Source of the DNA: Macrostomum lignano
Lineage: Eukaryota
Length of the DNA stretch: 64,000 nt
Assembly: GCA_002269645.1 (NCBI GenBank)
Contig: NIVC01001150.1
Span: 68,970 to 132,969 of the forward strand
Direction: 5' to 3'
Shown: piece after piece, positions 11,139 to 26,395 of the stretch
How positions within the stretch are numbered: position 1 is the first letter of the stretch
Layout: every line of letters starts with the position of its first letter
The notes under the pieces: model-generated
What the model was told of the DNA's origin: nothing
Databases searched by the model: none
What the model saw: the letters and a program-made list of their open reading frames with translations, nothing else
Made by a program: the position numbers and the translations under genes

Positions 11139-12334
11139 TTGTCAGTAGTACTGGGAAAATCTCAAATTCTGTTTCAGCACTTCAATCCAAACAAAGACGA
11201 TAAAGACAGCAGAGTAACTGTGCGGTGATGGTGCAGCCCAGCAACCACCTTGCAGACCGGAAGTTGTCAGGCCGCACACAGCAGCGGAAGTGTCCGGGAA
11301 CCAGCTGACAGGCACTGCGGGTCCCCAGGGCCAGCTGCAGCGGCAGCGCTCGCCCCTTCCGTTTCCATGCGGAGCCAAATTTCCACCGGGCGCGGCGGAC
11401 CGAGCTGCTGCATTATTGATCCGCCCATTTCCTACCGCTCAGCTGCTCATCTCAGCCCCCCCCCCCACTCGACCTGGCAGGCCTCGATTTCTTGGCTGGG
11501 GGGAGGGGGGCGCCGTTTTTCCTCCCATCAGAAGTTTTCACGGATAATTTGGCCGGCAGAGTCGCTAAAACGCTGATGAAGTCTGGCAATGGGCTGTGAA
11601 AATCAATTTTCATCTCATTAATCACTGCGCGCGGCCCCAATTCAGCGCCACAGTTTTTAGGCGCCCAGATGGCTGGCCGCAGTGTCGGGTTGCAGGAAAT
11701 TGGCTGGCTGGGACAAGCCGTGGGGCCGCCAGCTCATTGGGGAGGCCGGGCATCCCCCGCATATCTGGCCGCAGATCAATGTCAGCTGGGTGATTGAGCA
11801 ACCGAGAAAGGGAAAGTGGCTTGGGGCGAAGGTGGCCAGGCAAATATCCAGCTGAGTGGCTGTCTGTGATGCGGCATGGAGGCTGAGCGCTCCCAGAGTT
11901 TTATGGGATGAAGAAGACGGCTTTTCTGCCATTTAATAGCCATGAGTTCCTCTGCAGTTGCTGATTGGAGCTGTTATTTTCTATTATTTTGTGCTTCAGA
12001 AACCAAGCGCTGAGTACTCCGCGTGAGCATGCGAGTGAGTACTCAGAGGTCACCAAATGTTGCTTGCTTCCTCCTCGCTTGCGCCTTCCGCCCTGCGCCC
12101 TGCAAACTTAACGAGGCTGCAGCTTCTCTGATTGACTGCGGTTTTCCTTGCAGTCGGAGTTGAGGGAGTCTGGAGCCTCTTTCCTGGAATTGTGACAGCT
12201 GGGAGACCTCAGTCTCCAGTTCACCATATCCATATTCCATCCATCCAGCTATCCTTGACCCATTCAAGATCCAGCAAAATTCCGAGCAGAAGAGTCCGCT
12301 TAGAGCCGCAATGCTTTTGCTTTTCCAGATTTCC

Positions 12335-12930
12335 AGATAGATGGATAGAAACACGCAAAAACTAGAGAGCTCTTGCGCACGCGAGCTTGCGAAACAGACA
12401 GGAGCGGTCTGGGGGCTGAGACAGTCTGTCAGCGTCACTGTTCGCCCTTGGCTAGGTGCTTCGGCTGGTGCGCCTGGTGCAGGACGACCAGCTCCAATGG
12501 GACTTGGTCTCCGCGGGCGCTACTCCAGAGGCAGTGGCCCAGCAGCATCTGGTGGGAGACCAGCAGGGAGACGCTCAGGTCTGGAACGCCGGCGCCCCAT
12601 CAGGTCTATGGATGGCAACCTCTTGAGGTAGAGCACGCCCAAGGCGTAGCGCATCTGAGGAGGAGGAGGAGGATCGGCTCCATGGCCTCGCAAAAGAGGT
12701 GCACTTTCAGGCCGTCCCTCCAAGCTGAGTTGAAGACATTCCTGAGCAGGCCTGATTCCTCCTGTCGGAGAAGATGGAGTCCGGCTAGCGATTTGAGGTA
12801 TCGAGGCATGTTGTCCCCGTTGGGCAGCTCAAGTGCCGGGGCGGTGTCAGTGGCCACGTTCATCACCTCTGTCTTGCGCGCGTTGACCACCAGCACCACC
12901 CCGACGCCCTCCTCACAGTGGCATGCAGTG
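12335..12930 (-). mobile_element. Decayed 5'-truncated non-LTR retrotransposon (RTE-like) fragment, C-terminal RT region
   Basis: Minus-strand frames give VLVVNARKTEVM (RT GL.IN..KT..M motif), LKVHLFCEAMEPILL, RGCHP, RYALGV and VTLTDCL, in the order seen in RTE-clade ORF C-termini. Several frameshifts; no YADD motif retained. Confidence 0.6.
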
Positions 12931-13487
12931 AATGGCTTCCAGACTGAATAGTCAAGTGAGAATTCTACTAAATTTTTGGCGGATTTCCGTGACCATTTTT
13001 AGCGAGCCACAGCAATGCTGCTAGAAGCAGATTAATTCCAGAGCTGCAGTTAAAACAGCGAAATGAACTTCCGAAAAATGAATGCCCGAGCTGAGGGAAT
13101 CGATCGATGCCGAGCAGGGCGAAATTCGGCGGTGCAAACTCGGGGGCTCCGCCTGCCAGTGACGGATGGCTCGTCAGTCCCCAGGCGCCCCCCCCCGCAT
13201 CCCAGCGCGGGGATTCTCCGCTCCATCGGCCGCGCTGTCCCCATCGATTAGGGCGGGCGAGGCCGCCTGTTGTTTCTCCGGCCGGCCGGGCCGCCAGCCG
13301 CTCATTAATTCGGGCCAAGACAGCCCGAAAGAACTCATGGGGATGAAGAGCAGAGGCTGGGAGAAAGACGTGAAAGCAGGCCAGCGAAAATATTTGCTGC
13401 TGCCGCCGCCGCCGCTGCTGCAAAAGGAGCAGAGGGGCCTCGGCTCGTCCCCGGCGCCTCTGGGCTCGATAAATATTTGATTGGGCC

Positions 13488-13498
13488 TAATCGCATTA
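13488..13498. promoter_or_regulatory. P3 paired-class homeodomain palindrome TAATCGCATTA upstream of Phox2
   Basis: Perfect TAAT-N3-ATTA ~310 nt upstream of the Phox2 ATG. Confidence 0.45.
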
Positions 13499-13803
13499 AG
13501 TCCCCGGCCCGCCAGCCGCATTCTGACTAATTGAGGGATGCGTCACTGAGCCGCAGCCTGCCGGCCTCATCGAACTCGGGATCAGCGATTGGCCGCTGGG
13601 GGGGGTGGCCCGAGTTCGAGGCCTCCGCGCCGGCTCCCACCCGCCCTCCTTCCCACTTTGATCTCTGGGAAATTTTTCCCCCTGGAGCAGGCAAAAATTT
13701 CTCTGGGCGCGAGTCCTTCGTATTTTCCTGACTTTATAAAATTTGCTTGGGGAACCCAGCATTGCCAGCTCGACAGCTTTGCTCCTAGAAGGAAATTAAA
13801 TCG

Positions 13804-17639
<3,836 letters not shown>

Positions 17640-17692
17640 GGCGGCAGCCGAGCGGTGAACCGGTTGCGGTCCATAGGGGGTTCGAATTCGAG

Positions 17693-17758
17693 ACCTGTAA
17701 AATATTTTACCCTGTAAAATATTTTACCCTGTAAAATATTTTACCCTGTAAAATATTT
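17693..17758. repeat. 17-bp palindrome-containing repeat (CCTGTAAAATATTTTAC) x4 in the Phox2 3' UTR
   Basis: GTAAAATATTTTAC is self-complementary. AATAAA at ~17785 and 17849. Confidence 0.85.
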
Positions 17759-17969
17759 AGCAACCAGAAAACTGACTGAGTACAAAATAAAAATTTCTTG
17801 CTTCTTGATGTCCTGATTTGGCTGCGGAATTCGGGCGCTTTGGCTGCCAATAAAACTTTCGGCCTGAATCGGAATGCGTCCTCATAGCATGTAAATTTTC
17901 TGGAGGTCCTGAAGCGCTAAATTTTGATGCCTGGTTAAGCGTGCATCTTAAATCTGAGTTGAGTGCACA

Positions 17970-18698
17970 GGCATAAGCTCACAGTTTGATTGTCACAGAC
18001 TGGCATAAGCTCACAGTTTGATTGTCACACACTGACATAAGCTCACAGTTTGATTGTCACACACAGGCATAAGCTCACAGTTTGATTGTCACACACTGGC
18101 ATAAGCTCACAGTTTGATTGTCACAGACTGGCATAAGCTCACAGTTTGATTGTCACAGACTGGCATAAGCTCACAGTTTGATTGTCACAGACTGGCATAA
18201 GCTCACAGTTTGATTGTCACAGACTGGCATAAGCTCACAGTTTGATTGTCACAGACTGGCATAAGCTCACAGTTTGATTGTCACAGACTGGCATAAGCTC
18301 ACAGTTTGATTGTCACACACTGGCATAAGCTCACAGTTTGATTGTCACAGACTGGCATAAGCTCACAGTTTGATTGTCACACACTGGCATAAGCTCACAG
18401 TTTGATTGTCACACACAGGCATAAGCTCACAGTTTGATTGTCACACACTGACATAAGCTCACAGTTTGATTGTCACACACTGACATAAGCTCACAGTTTG
18501 ATTGTCACACACTGACATAAGCTCACAGTTTGATTGTCACACACAGGCATAAGCTCACAGTTTGATTGTCACACACTGGCATAAGCTCACAGTTTGATTG
18601 TCACAGACTGGCATAAGCTCACAGTTTGATTGTCACAGACTGGCATAAGCTCACAGTTTGATTGTCACAGACTGGCATAAGCTCACAGTTTGATTGTC
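17970..18698. repeat. 32-bp minisatellite, ~23 copies
   Basis: Unit GGCATAAGCTCACAGTTTGATTGTCACASACT. Confidence 0.95.
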
Positions 18699-18965
18699 AT
18701 ATGTACTTCGTAGTGGTATAAGCGCGCACAAGGACAACTAAAGCAACGTATATACTTTAGTAGTCCTTCAGCGCGCACTAGGGAGTTACGAATTAATTTC
18801 ATCCAATTATTTGATCAGACGATATCATATAGAAATCTCTCATTATCTAGCTGCATAGCCTTTGGGGCATAAAATTTTGTCGTTAGCGACGAAAGTGAAA
18901 AAATGTTTTACCGCCGAGTGCACCTGTTGTGCAAACAAGATTTTGTGTGGTATTTCCCTATGGAT

Positions 18966-19285
18966 CATCAGTAGCTCAGCAACAGCTCATCAGTAGCCCA
19001 GCAACAGCTCATCAGTAGCCCAGCAACAGCTCATCAGTAGCCCACCAAGAGCTCATCAGTAGCCCAGCAACAGCTCATCAGTAGCCAGCAACAGCTCATC
19101 AGTAGCCCACCAAGAGCTCATCAGTAGCCCAGCAACAGCTCATCAGTAGCCCAGCAACAGCTCATCAGTAGCCCAGCAAGAGCTCATCAGTAGCCCAGCA
19201 ACAGCTCATCAGTAGCCCAGCAACAGCTCATCAGTAGCCCAGCAACAGCTCATCAGTAGCCCAGCAAGAGCTCATCAGTAGCCCA
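18966..19285. repeat. 22-bp minisatellite (TAGCCCAGCAACAGCTCATCAG)n, ~14 copies
   Basis: Direct tandem repeat, related in inverted orientation to 19908-20132. Confidence 0.92.
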
Positions 19286-19907
19286 GAAAGGTAGCGAGTG
19301 TCCCATGGAGACTGTGCACCCGCTATGACACGAGATTCCGGTCTCAGCCGTCTCACTTCCCCAGGGTTTTCGGAGATGCGGGAATTCCGGTCAGGAGCCG
19401 GTAGGGAGGCTGGAGACGGGACTCCACCAGTTGCAACCGAATTCCCTGAGGGCAGCTCACGGGACAAAGGCAGCAGGGTCGGGCAGACACTGGCGGCAGG
19501 AGCTGAGCTTCCTCGCTGATTTATGGCCAGTTTACTGCCGGGAGCAAAACTGCCGCAGACTTGTCTGTTACAAGTTTCTGCAAAAGCATCTCTGACAGAA
19601 ATTTCTGCTATAAAGCCTCCTTCAATTATGAGCGTTTAATTGCTTGCGCTCAGTCTGGCGAACTGTCTCGGAGAAGCGAGTTGCAATTCGGATTCTAAAT
19701 TTCTTGGGAAGTTTTTAATCTTCATATCTTGCCTCAAATTTTGTTCAATTTTGAAGGCTATCTTCATTTAGAACCCGTGCAGTGCGGCCAGTACTGATTC
19801 TAGTAATAAATGAGGCACCGGTTTCGGTTTTTTATTTGCTAATGTAAGTTTTTATAGCTATTCTCATGACTTTGATTCACCGGCTTTCTTCGATGGATTC
19901 GGTGAGC

Positions 19908-20132
19908 TATTACTGGGCTAGTTCATGGCTATTGCTGGGCTATTGCTGGGCTAGTTCATGGCTATTGCTGGGCTAGTTCATGGCTATTGCTGGGCTAGTT
20001 CATGGCTATTGCTGGGCTAGTTCGTGGCTATTGCTGGGCTAGTTCATGGCTATTGCTGGGCTAGTTCATGGCTATTGCTGGGCTAGTTCATGGCTATTGC
20101 TGGGCTAGTTCATGGCTATTGCTGGACTAGTT
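19908..20132. repeat. 22-bp minisatellite (GGCTATTGCTGGGCTAGTTCAT)n, ~10 copies
   Basis: Its reverse complement TAGCCCAGCAATAGCCATGAAC shares 14 of the first 15 nt with the 18966 unit. Confidence 0.92.
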
Positions 20133-20390
20133 CTGAGCTCATTAGCTACTAATTTGTATTCAGAATTGTGCTTTTCATTCAACAATCTGCATCTTTGAAA
20201 AGTTCCAATGCAACAGCTGCTGAGCCAGCATGCAGTCAGGCATGCAGTCGGACCGCACTACTGCCATAGTAGGATGAGAGGCATCCGCCAGTCCTTATTC
20301 GATTCACTCGGTCTCGGACTTCGGTGGATGGCCTTCAAAAGTCATTTCAATTCAGTCCATGCCGGGACTGGGCCTTCTCGGTATCTCAGT

Positions 20391-23300
20391 TAGCTGACCA
20401 GCCCTGAGGAATTATCGTATGGCTGACCAACCCTGAGGATTATCGTATGGCTGACCAACCCTGAGGGATTATCGTATGGCTGACCAACCCTGAGGGATTA
20501 TCGTATGGCTGACCAACCCTGAGGGATTATCGTATGGCTGACCAACCCTGAGGGATTATCGTATGGCTGACCAACCCTGAGGGATTATCGTATGGCTGAC
20601 CAACCCTGAGGGATTATCGTATGGCTGACCAACCCTGAGGGATTATCGTATGGCTGACCAACCCTGAGGGATTATCGTATGGCTGACCAACCCTGAGGGA
20701 TTATCGTATGGCTGACCAACCCTGAGGGATTATCGTATGGCTGACCAACCCTGAGGGATTATCGTATGGCTGACCAACCCTGAGGGATTATCGTATGGCT
20801 GACCAACCCTGAGGGATTATCGTATGGCTGACCAACCCTGAGGGATTATCGTATGGCTGACCAACCCTGAGGGATTATCGTATGGCTGACCAACCCTGAG
20901 GGATTATCGTATGGCTGACCAACCCTGAGGGATTATCGTATGGCTGACCAACCCTGAGGGATTATCGTATGGCTGACCAACCCTGGGGATTATCGTATGG
21001 CTGACCAACCCTGAGGGATTATCGTATGGCTGACCAACCCTGGGGATTATCGTATGGCTGACCAACCCTGAGGGATTATCGTATGGCTGACCAACCCTGA
21101 GGGATTATCGTATGGCTGACCAACCCTGAGGGATTATCGTATGGCTGACCAACCCTGAGGGATTATCGTATGGCTGACCAACCCTGAGGGATTATCGTAT
21201 GGCTGACCAACCCTGAGGGATTATCGTATGGCTGACCAACCCTGAGGGATTATCGTATGGCTGACCAACCCTGAGGGATTATCGTATGGCTGACCAACCC
21301 TGAGGGATTATCGTATGTCTGACCAACCCTGAGGATTATCGTATGGCTGACCAACCCTGAGGGATTATCGTATGGCTGACCAACCCTGAGGGATTATCGT
21401 ATGGCTGACCAACCCTGAGGGATTATCGTATGGCTGACCAACCCTGAGGGATTATCGTATGGCTGACCAACCCTGAGGGATTATCGTATGGCTGACCAAC
21501 CCTGAGGGATTATCGTATGGCTGACCAACCCTGAGGGATTATCGTATGGCTGACCAACCCTGAGGGATTATCGTATGGCTGACCAACCCTGAGGGATTAT
21601 CGTATGACTGACCAACCCTGAGGGATTATCGTATGGCTGACCAACCCTGAGGGATTATCGTATGGCTGACCAACCCTGAGGGATTATCGTGTGGCTGACC
21701 AACCCTGAGGGATTATCGTATGGCTGACCAACCCTGAGGGATTATCGTATGGCTGACCAACCCTGAGGGATTATCGTATGGCTGACCAACCCTGAGGGAT
21801 TATCGTATGGCTGACCAACCCTGAGGGATTATCGTATGGCTGACCAACCCTGAGGGATTATCGTATGGCTGACCAACCCTGAGGGATTATCGTATGGCTG
21901 ACCAACCCTGAGGGATTATCGTATGGCTGACCAACCCTGAGGGATTATCGTATGGCTGACCAACCCTGAGGGATTATCGTATGGCTGACCAACCCTGAGG
22001 GATTATCGTATGGCTGACCAACCCTGAGGGATTATCGTATGGCTGACCAACCCTGAGGGATTATCGTATGACTGACCAACCCTGAGGGATTATCGTATGG
22101 CTGACCAACCCTGAGGGATTATCGTATGGCTGACCAACCCTGAGGGATTATCGTGTGGCTGACCAACCCTGAGGGATTATCGTATGGCTGACCAACCCTG
22201 AGGGATTATCGTATGGCTGACCAACCCTGAGGGATTATCGTATGGCTGACCAACCCTGAGGGATTATCGTATGGCTGACCAACCCTGAGGGATTATCGTA
22301 TGGCTGACCAACCCTGAGGGATTATCGTATGGCTGACCAACCCTGAGGGATTATCGTATGGCTGACCAACCCTGAGGGATTATCGTATGGCTGACCAACC
22401 CTGAGGGATTATCGTATGGCTGACCAACCCTGAGGGATTATCGTATGGCTGACCAACCCTGGGGATTATCGTATGGCTGACCAACCCTGAGGGATTATCG
22501 TATGGCTGACCAACCCTGGGGATTATCGTATGGCTGACCAACCCTGAGGGATTATCGTATGGCTGACCAACCCTGAGGGATTATCGTATGGCTGACCAAC
22601 CCTGAGGGATTATCGTATGGCTGACCAACCCTGAGGGATTATCGTATGGCTGACCAACCCTGAGGGATTATCGTATGGCTGACCAACCCTGAGGGATTAT
22701 CGTATGGCTGACCAACCCTGAGGGATTATCGTATGTCTGACCAACCCTGAGGGATTATCGTATGGCTGACCAACCCTGAGGGATTATCGTATGGCTGACC
22801 AACCCTGAGGGATTATCGTATGACTGACCAACCCTGAGGGATTATCGTATGGCTGACCAACCCTGAGGGATTATCGTATGGCTGACCAACCCTGAGGGAT
22901 TATCGTATGGCTGACCAACCCTGAGGGATTATCGTATGGCTGACCAACCCTGAGGGATTATCGTATGGCTGACCAACCCTGAGGGATTATCGTATGGCTG
23001 ACCAACCCTGAGGGATTATCGTATGACTGACCAACCCTGAGGGATTATCGTATGGCTGACCAACCCTGAGGGATTATCGTATGGCTGACCAACCCTGAGG
23101 GATTATCGTGTGGCTGACCAACCCTGAGGGATTATCGTATGGCTGACCAACCCTGAGGGATTATCGTATGGCTGACCAACCCTGAGGGATTATCGTATGG
23201 CTGACCAACCCTGAGGGATTATCGTATGGCTGACCAACCCTGAGGGATTATCGTACGGCTGACCAACACTGGGGGAATATCGTGTGGCTGACCAACCCTG

Positions 23301-23640
23301 AGGGATTATCGTATGGCTGACCAACCCTGAGGGATTATCGTATGGCTGACCAACCCTGAGGGATTATCGTATGGCTGACCAACCCTGAGGGATTATCGTA
23401 TGGCTGACCAACCCTGAGGGATTATCGTATGGCTGACCAACCCTGAGGAATTATCGTATGGCTGACCAACCCTGAGGGATTATCGTATGGCTGACCAACC
23501 CTGAGGGATTATCGTATGGCTGACCAACCCTGAGGGATTATCGTATGGCTGACCAACCCTGAGGGATTATCGTATGGCTGACCAACCCTGAGGGATTATC
23601 GTATGGCTGACCAACCCTGAGGATTATCGTATGGCTGACC
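20391..23640. repeat. 29-bp satellite (GCTGACCAACCCTGAGGGATTATCGTATG)n, ~112 copies
   Basis: Highly homogeneous array bounded by GCTGACC at both ends. Confidence 0.98.
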
Positions 23641-24215
23641 TGGAGATCGAAGAAGCTGAAGATGAACTGCGCTGGCATTCACGGTTTAAGTGAGTCGAAT
23701 TTTGTTCACTTTGGAAATTTTCATGTGAGTCTGATTAGTTTTGGGTCAATGGATTTATAGAATAATTTGTATGAGAGCATGTGAAAAGTCTGGACTAAAG
23801 ATTTCTAAAGAGAATAGAAATCTGTGGCAAAAAATTCAATGAGATCGAGATCTGAGTGTGAAATTTCAGCTCCTCCATCAACAATATTGCTCAGCAATAG
23901 TGATAGCAATAAAAAGTTGTAGACTAACGAACTAAAACAACTATAACTGACTAAACGCTTGTTTACCGTTTTAACGTTCAATAAATATACGTGTTCTTGT
24001 TTTACTATCAATTTTAAGTTTGTCTATGGTAGCGGAGTTAACGCTACCAATAATCTCCGCGAGCTTAACACTAGGGACATAGGCAAGGCGAACAGGCAAA
24101 GTTGATTAAATTACTATAAATGAATGACATTCATACCTAATCAGCATTGTAATTCAGCACAGATTCTTTACATAAGTTAGTCATGTCTCTGGCGTAAGTC
24201 CTTATTCTTGTCTTG

Positions 24216-24572
24216 CTGCTCATGGTGCATTTGCACTTTTACCGATCCTGTATGCTCATTGTGCATTTGCACTTTACCGATCCTGTATGCTCATGATGCA
24301 TTTGCACTTTACCGATACTGTATGCTCATGGTGCATTTGCACTTTACCGATCCTGCATGCTCATGGTGCCTTTGCACTTTTACCGATCCTGTATGCTCAT
24401 GGTGCATTTGCACTTTACCGATCCTGCATGCTCATGGTGCCTTTGCACTTTTACCGATCCTGTATGCTCATGGTGCATTTGCACTTTTACCGATCCTGCA
24501 TGCTCATGGTGCCTTTGCACTTTTACCGATCCTGTATGCTCATGGTGCATTTGCACTTTACCGATCCCGTAT
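24216..24572. repeat. 35/36-bp minisatellite, ~10 copies
   Basis: Unit TGCATTTGCACTTT(T)ACCGATCCTGYATGCTCATGG. Confidence 0.92.
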
Positions 24573-25018
24573 GCAGTCCAACTTATCTAAAAGCTTTTAT
24601 CAAATTATCAAGCGACTGGATCAACTTATTCTCCGCCAATGTCAGATAGTTGCCGAGCTCAATTACAGCTCAATGGCCACAATTACACCTGTACAAATTT
24701 GGCCCTTCACCACATCCGTCATGGTCACGGCCGAGCTGAGCTGGCTGGGGTGGCTCAACTGCCCTCATGCAGGATGCCCGCTGGAAACTGCAGGGCCCCA
24801 AAACTGACTGCCGTGTTTGTTGCACAACATCTCGCAATGCCCGGCGTCTGTGCTCAGCGCAAATTGATGGCTTGAGTCCAGAGCGTGCCAGATCTGGCCA
24901 ATGATCCCCAAATAGCTTGTATCCCTCACAGTATCCCTAATTCCTCCCGCATTTTCACGGTTGGCAACAGAGGGGACTCGGGGTGGCCGGGGAGAAAGGG
25001 CGAGGGGCTCCCATTGGC

Positions 25019-25089
25019 TGGCACGCGTCTGCCATTGGCGGGCGCTCGGAGGGGCGCCACCCCCTCCACCCCAGATGAGGCCTATAAAA
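25019..25089 (+). promoter_or_regulatory. Hes proximal promoter: class-C/Hairy-type site TGGCACGCG (25019-25027), reverse CCAAT boxes, TATAAAA (25083-25089)
   Basis: Motifs seen 90-160 nt upstream of ATG 25181. Confidence 0.5.
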
Positions 25090-25180
25090 CTCGCCAAGGG
25101 TCCCTGGGGAGAGGCTCGCAAGCCAAGCATCCCATCGACTCCAAGCTTTCCGAACTCAGCCCAGACTCCGCCAAGCAGTG

Positions 25181-25615
25181 ATGGAGAACCTGAACAGCAG
25201 CAGCGGCCCCTGCCAGCAGCAGAGCCGTCGGGTCACCAAGCAGATGATGGAGCGCAAGAGACGAGCGAGGATCAACGCCAGCCTCGATCAGCTCAAGGAG
25301 CTGCTGATGGAGCAGTTCCAGCTCGATCCCACCCAGTACCAGAAGCTGGAGAAGGCCGACATCCTGGAGCTGACTGTCTCCTGCCTGCAGCAGCGCCAGC
25401 AACGCCAGCAGAAGCAGCAGCGCCGGCCGCTGGGCTGCCTGGACAACCGCGGCGCCAGCGGAGCCACCGAGGCGCCTGCAGAGGCCGCCGACAGCCGCCG
25501 ACAGCCGCTGGTTCGATGCGCCTCCGACGCCCCGCAGGCATCGGCGATGCAGGCCGAGGACTCGAACAGCTGGCACGGCGCCGCCTCCTCCGCGCCAGTG
25601 TGGCGGCCCTGGTGA
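25181..25615 (+). CDS. HES: Hairy/Enhancer-of-split (Hes) family bHLH repressor, intronless, no Orange domain, C-terminal WRPW; 144 aa
   Basis: bHLH RRVTKQMMERKRRARINASLDQLKELL...KLEKADILELTVSCL and terminal WRPW. TATA box upstream, AATAAA at 25945. First ATG is 25181 (the ORF track starts at GTG 25178). Confidence 0.92.
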   Translation: MENLNSSSGPCQQQSRRVTKQMMERKRRARINASLDQLKELLMEQFQLDPTQYQKLEKADILELTVSCLQQRQQRQQKQQRRPLGCLDNRGASGATEAPAEAADSRRQPLVRCASDAPQASAMQAEDSNSWHGAASSAPVWRPW

Positions 25616-26117
25616 ACCCTGGAGGCAGCTTGCGAACCCGCAGCCCAGCCTGTGATAGAGACTCGCTTATAGCAGCCATTTTGTACAGCCCTGCTTACTT
25701 ATGCAATGCTTCAAATCTCAGCGTTTTCCTGTACATACATAATTGCCACTGTCTGCCTTATTTGCTCTTGTGAATGCCAAGGCTTTAAACTGTCTGCATG
25801 CAAGCTTTCACGTGTCTGAATATTTCCTATGTATTGGTACGACTCCGCCTGGAACACTACAAATAATACGCTTTCATATTATATTTTATTGTATTGACTT
25901 AACTGGTTGGTGTGGACAATGCAGCACATTAATTTCAAGTGGCAAATAAAACATCATTTGGAGTGAGTTTCTGTACAGATAAGAGATCCGGTGAAAATTT
26001 ATCCCGAAATTAATTACTGCTTCTGTTGCTGTTCTTCCTTTTCATGCATCGAATGAATGGGCTGGGTGCATTGCACTATAGCTATAGCATTGTATTAATT
26101 GCGCTATAAAGGCGGTT

Positions 26118-26395
26118 GCGAATCCAATGCAATGAGTGCGAATCCAATGCAATGAGTGCGAATCCAATGCAATGAGTGCGAATCCAATGCAATGAGTGCG
26201 AATCCAATGCAATGAGTGCGAATCCAATGCAATGAGTGCGAATCCAATGCAATGAGTGCGAATCCAATGCAATGAGTGCAAATCCAATGCAATGAGTGCG
26301 AATCCAATGCAATGAATGCGAATCCAATGCAATGAGTGCGAATCCAATGCAATGAGTGCGAATCCAATGCAATGAGTGCGAATCCAATGCAATGA
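26118..26395. repeat. 20-bp minisatellite (GAATCCAATGCAATGAGTGC)n, ~14 copies
   Basis: Direct tandem repeat. Confidence 0.95.

Noticed and set aside
20391-23640. CRISPR-like array (29-bp repeats)
   Set aside because: No unique spacers, eukaryotic context, no cas genes.
23655-23700. Possible Penelope-type hammerhead (CTGAAGA...GTCGAA)
   Set aside because: The stem-II hairpin is not followed directly by GAAA, and stems I/III could not be formed.
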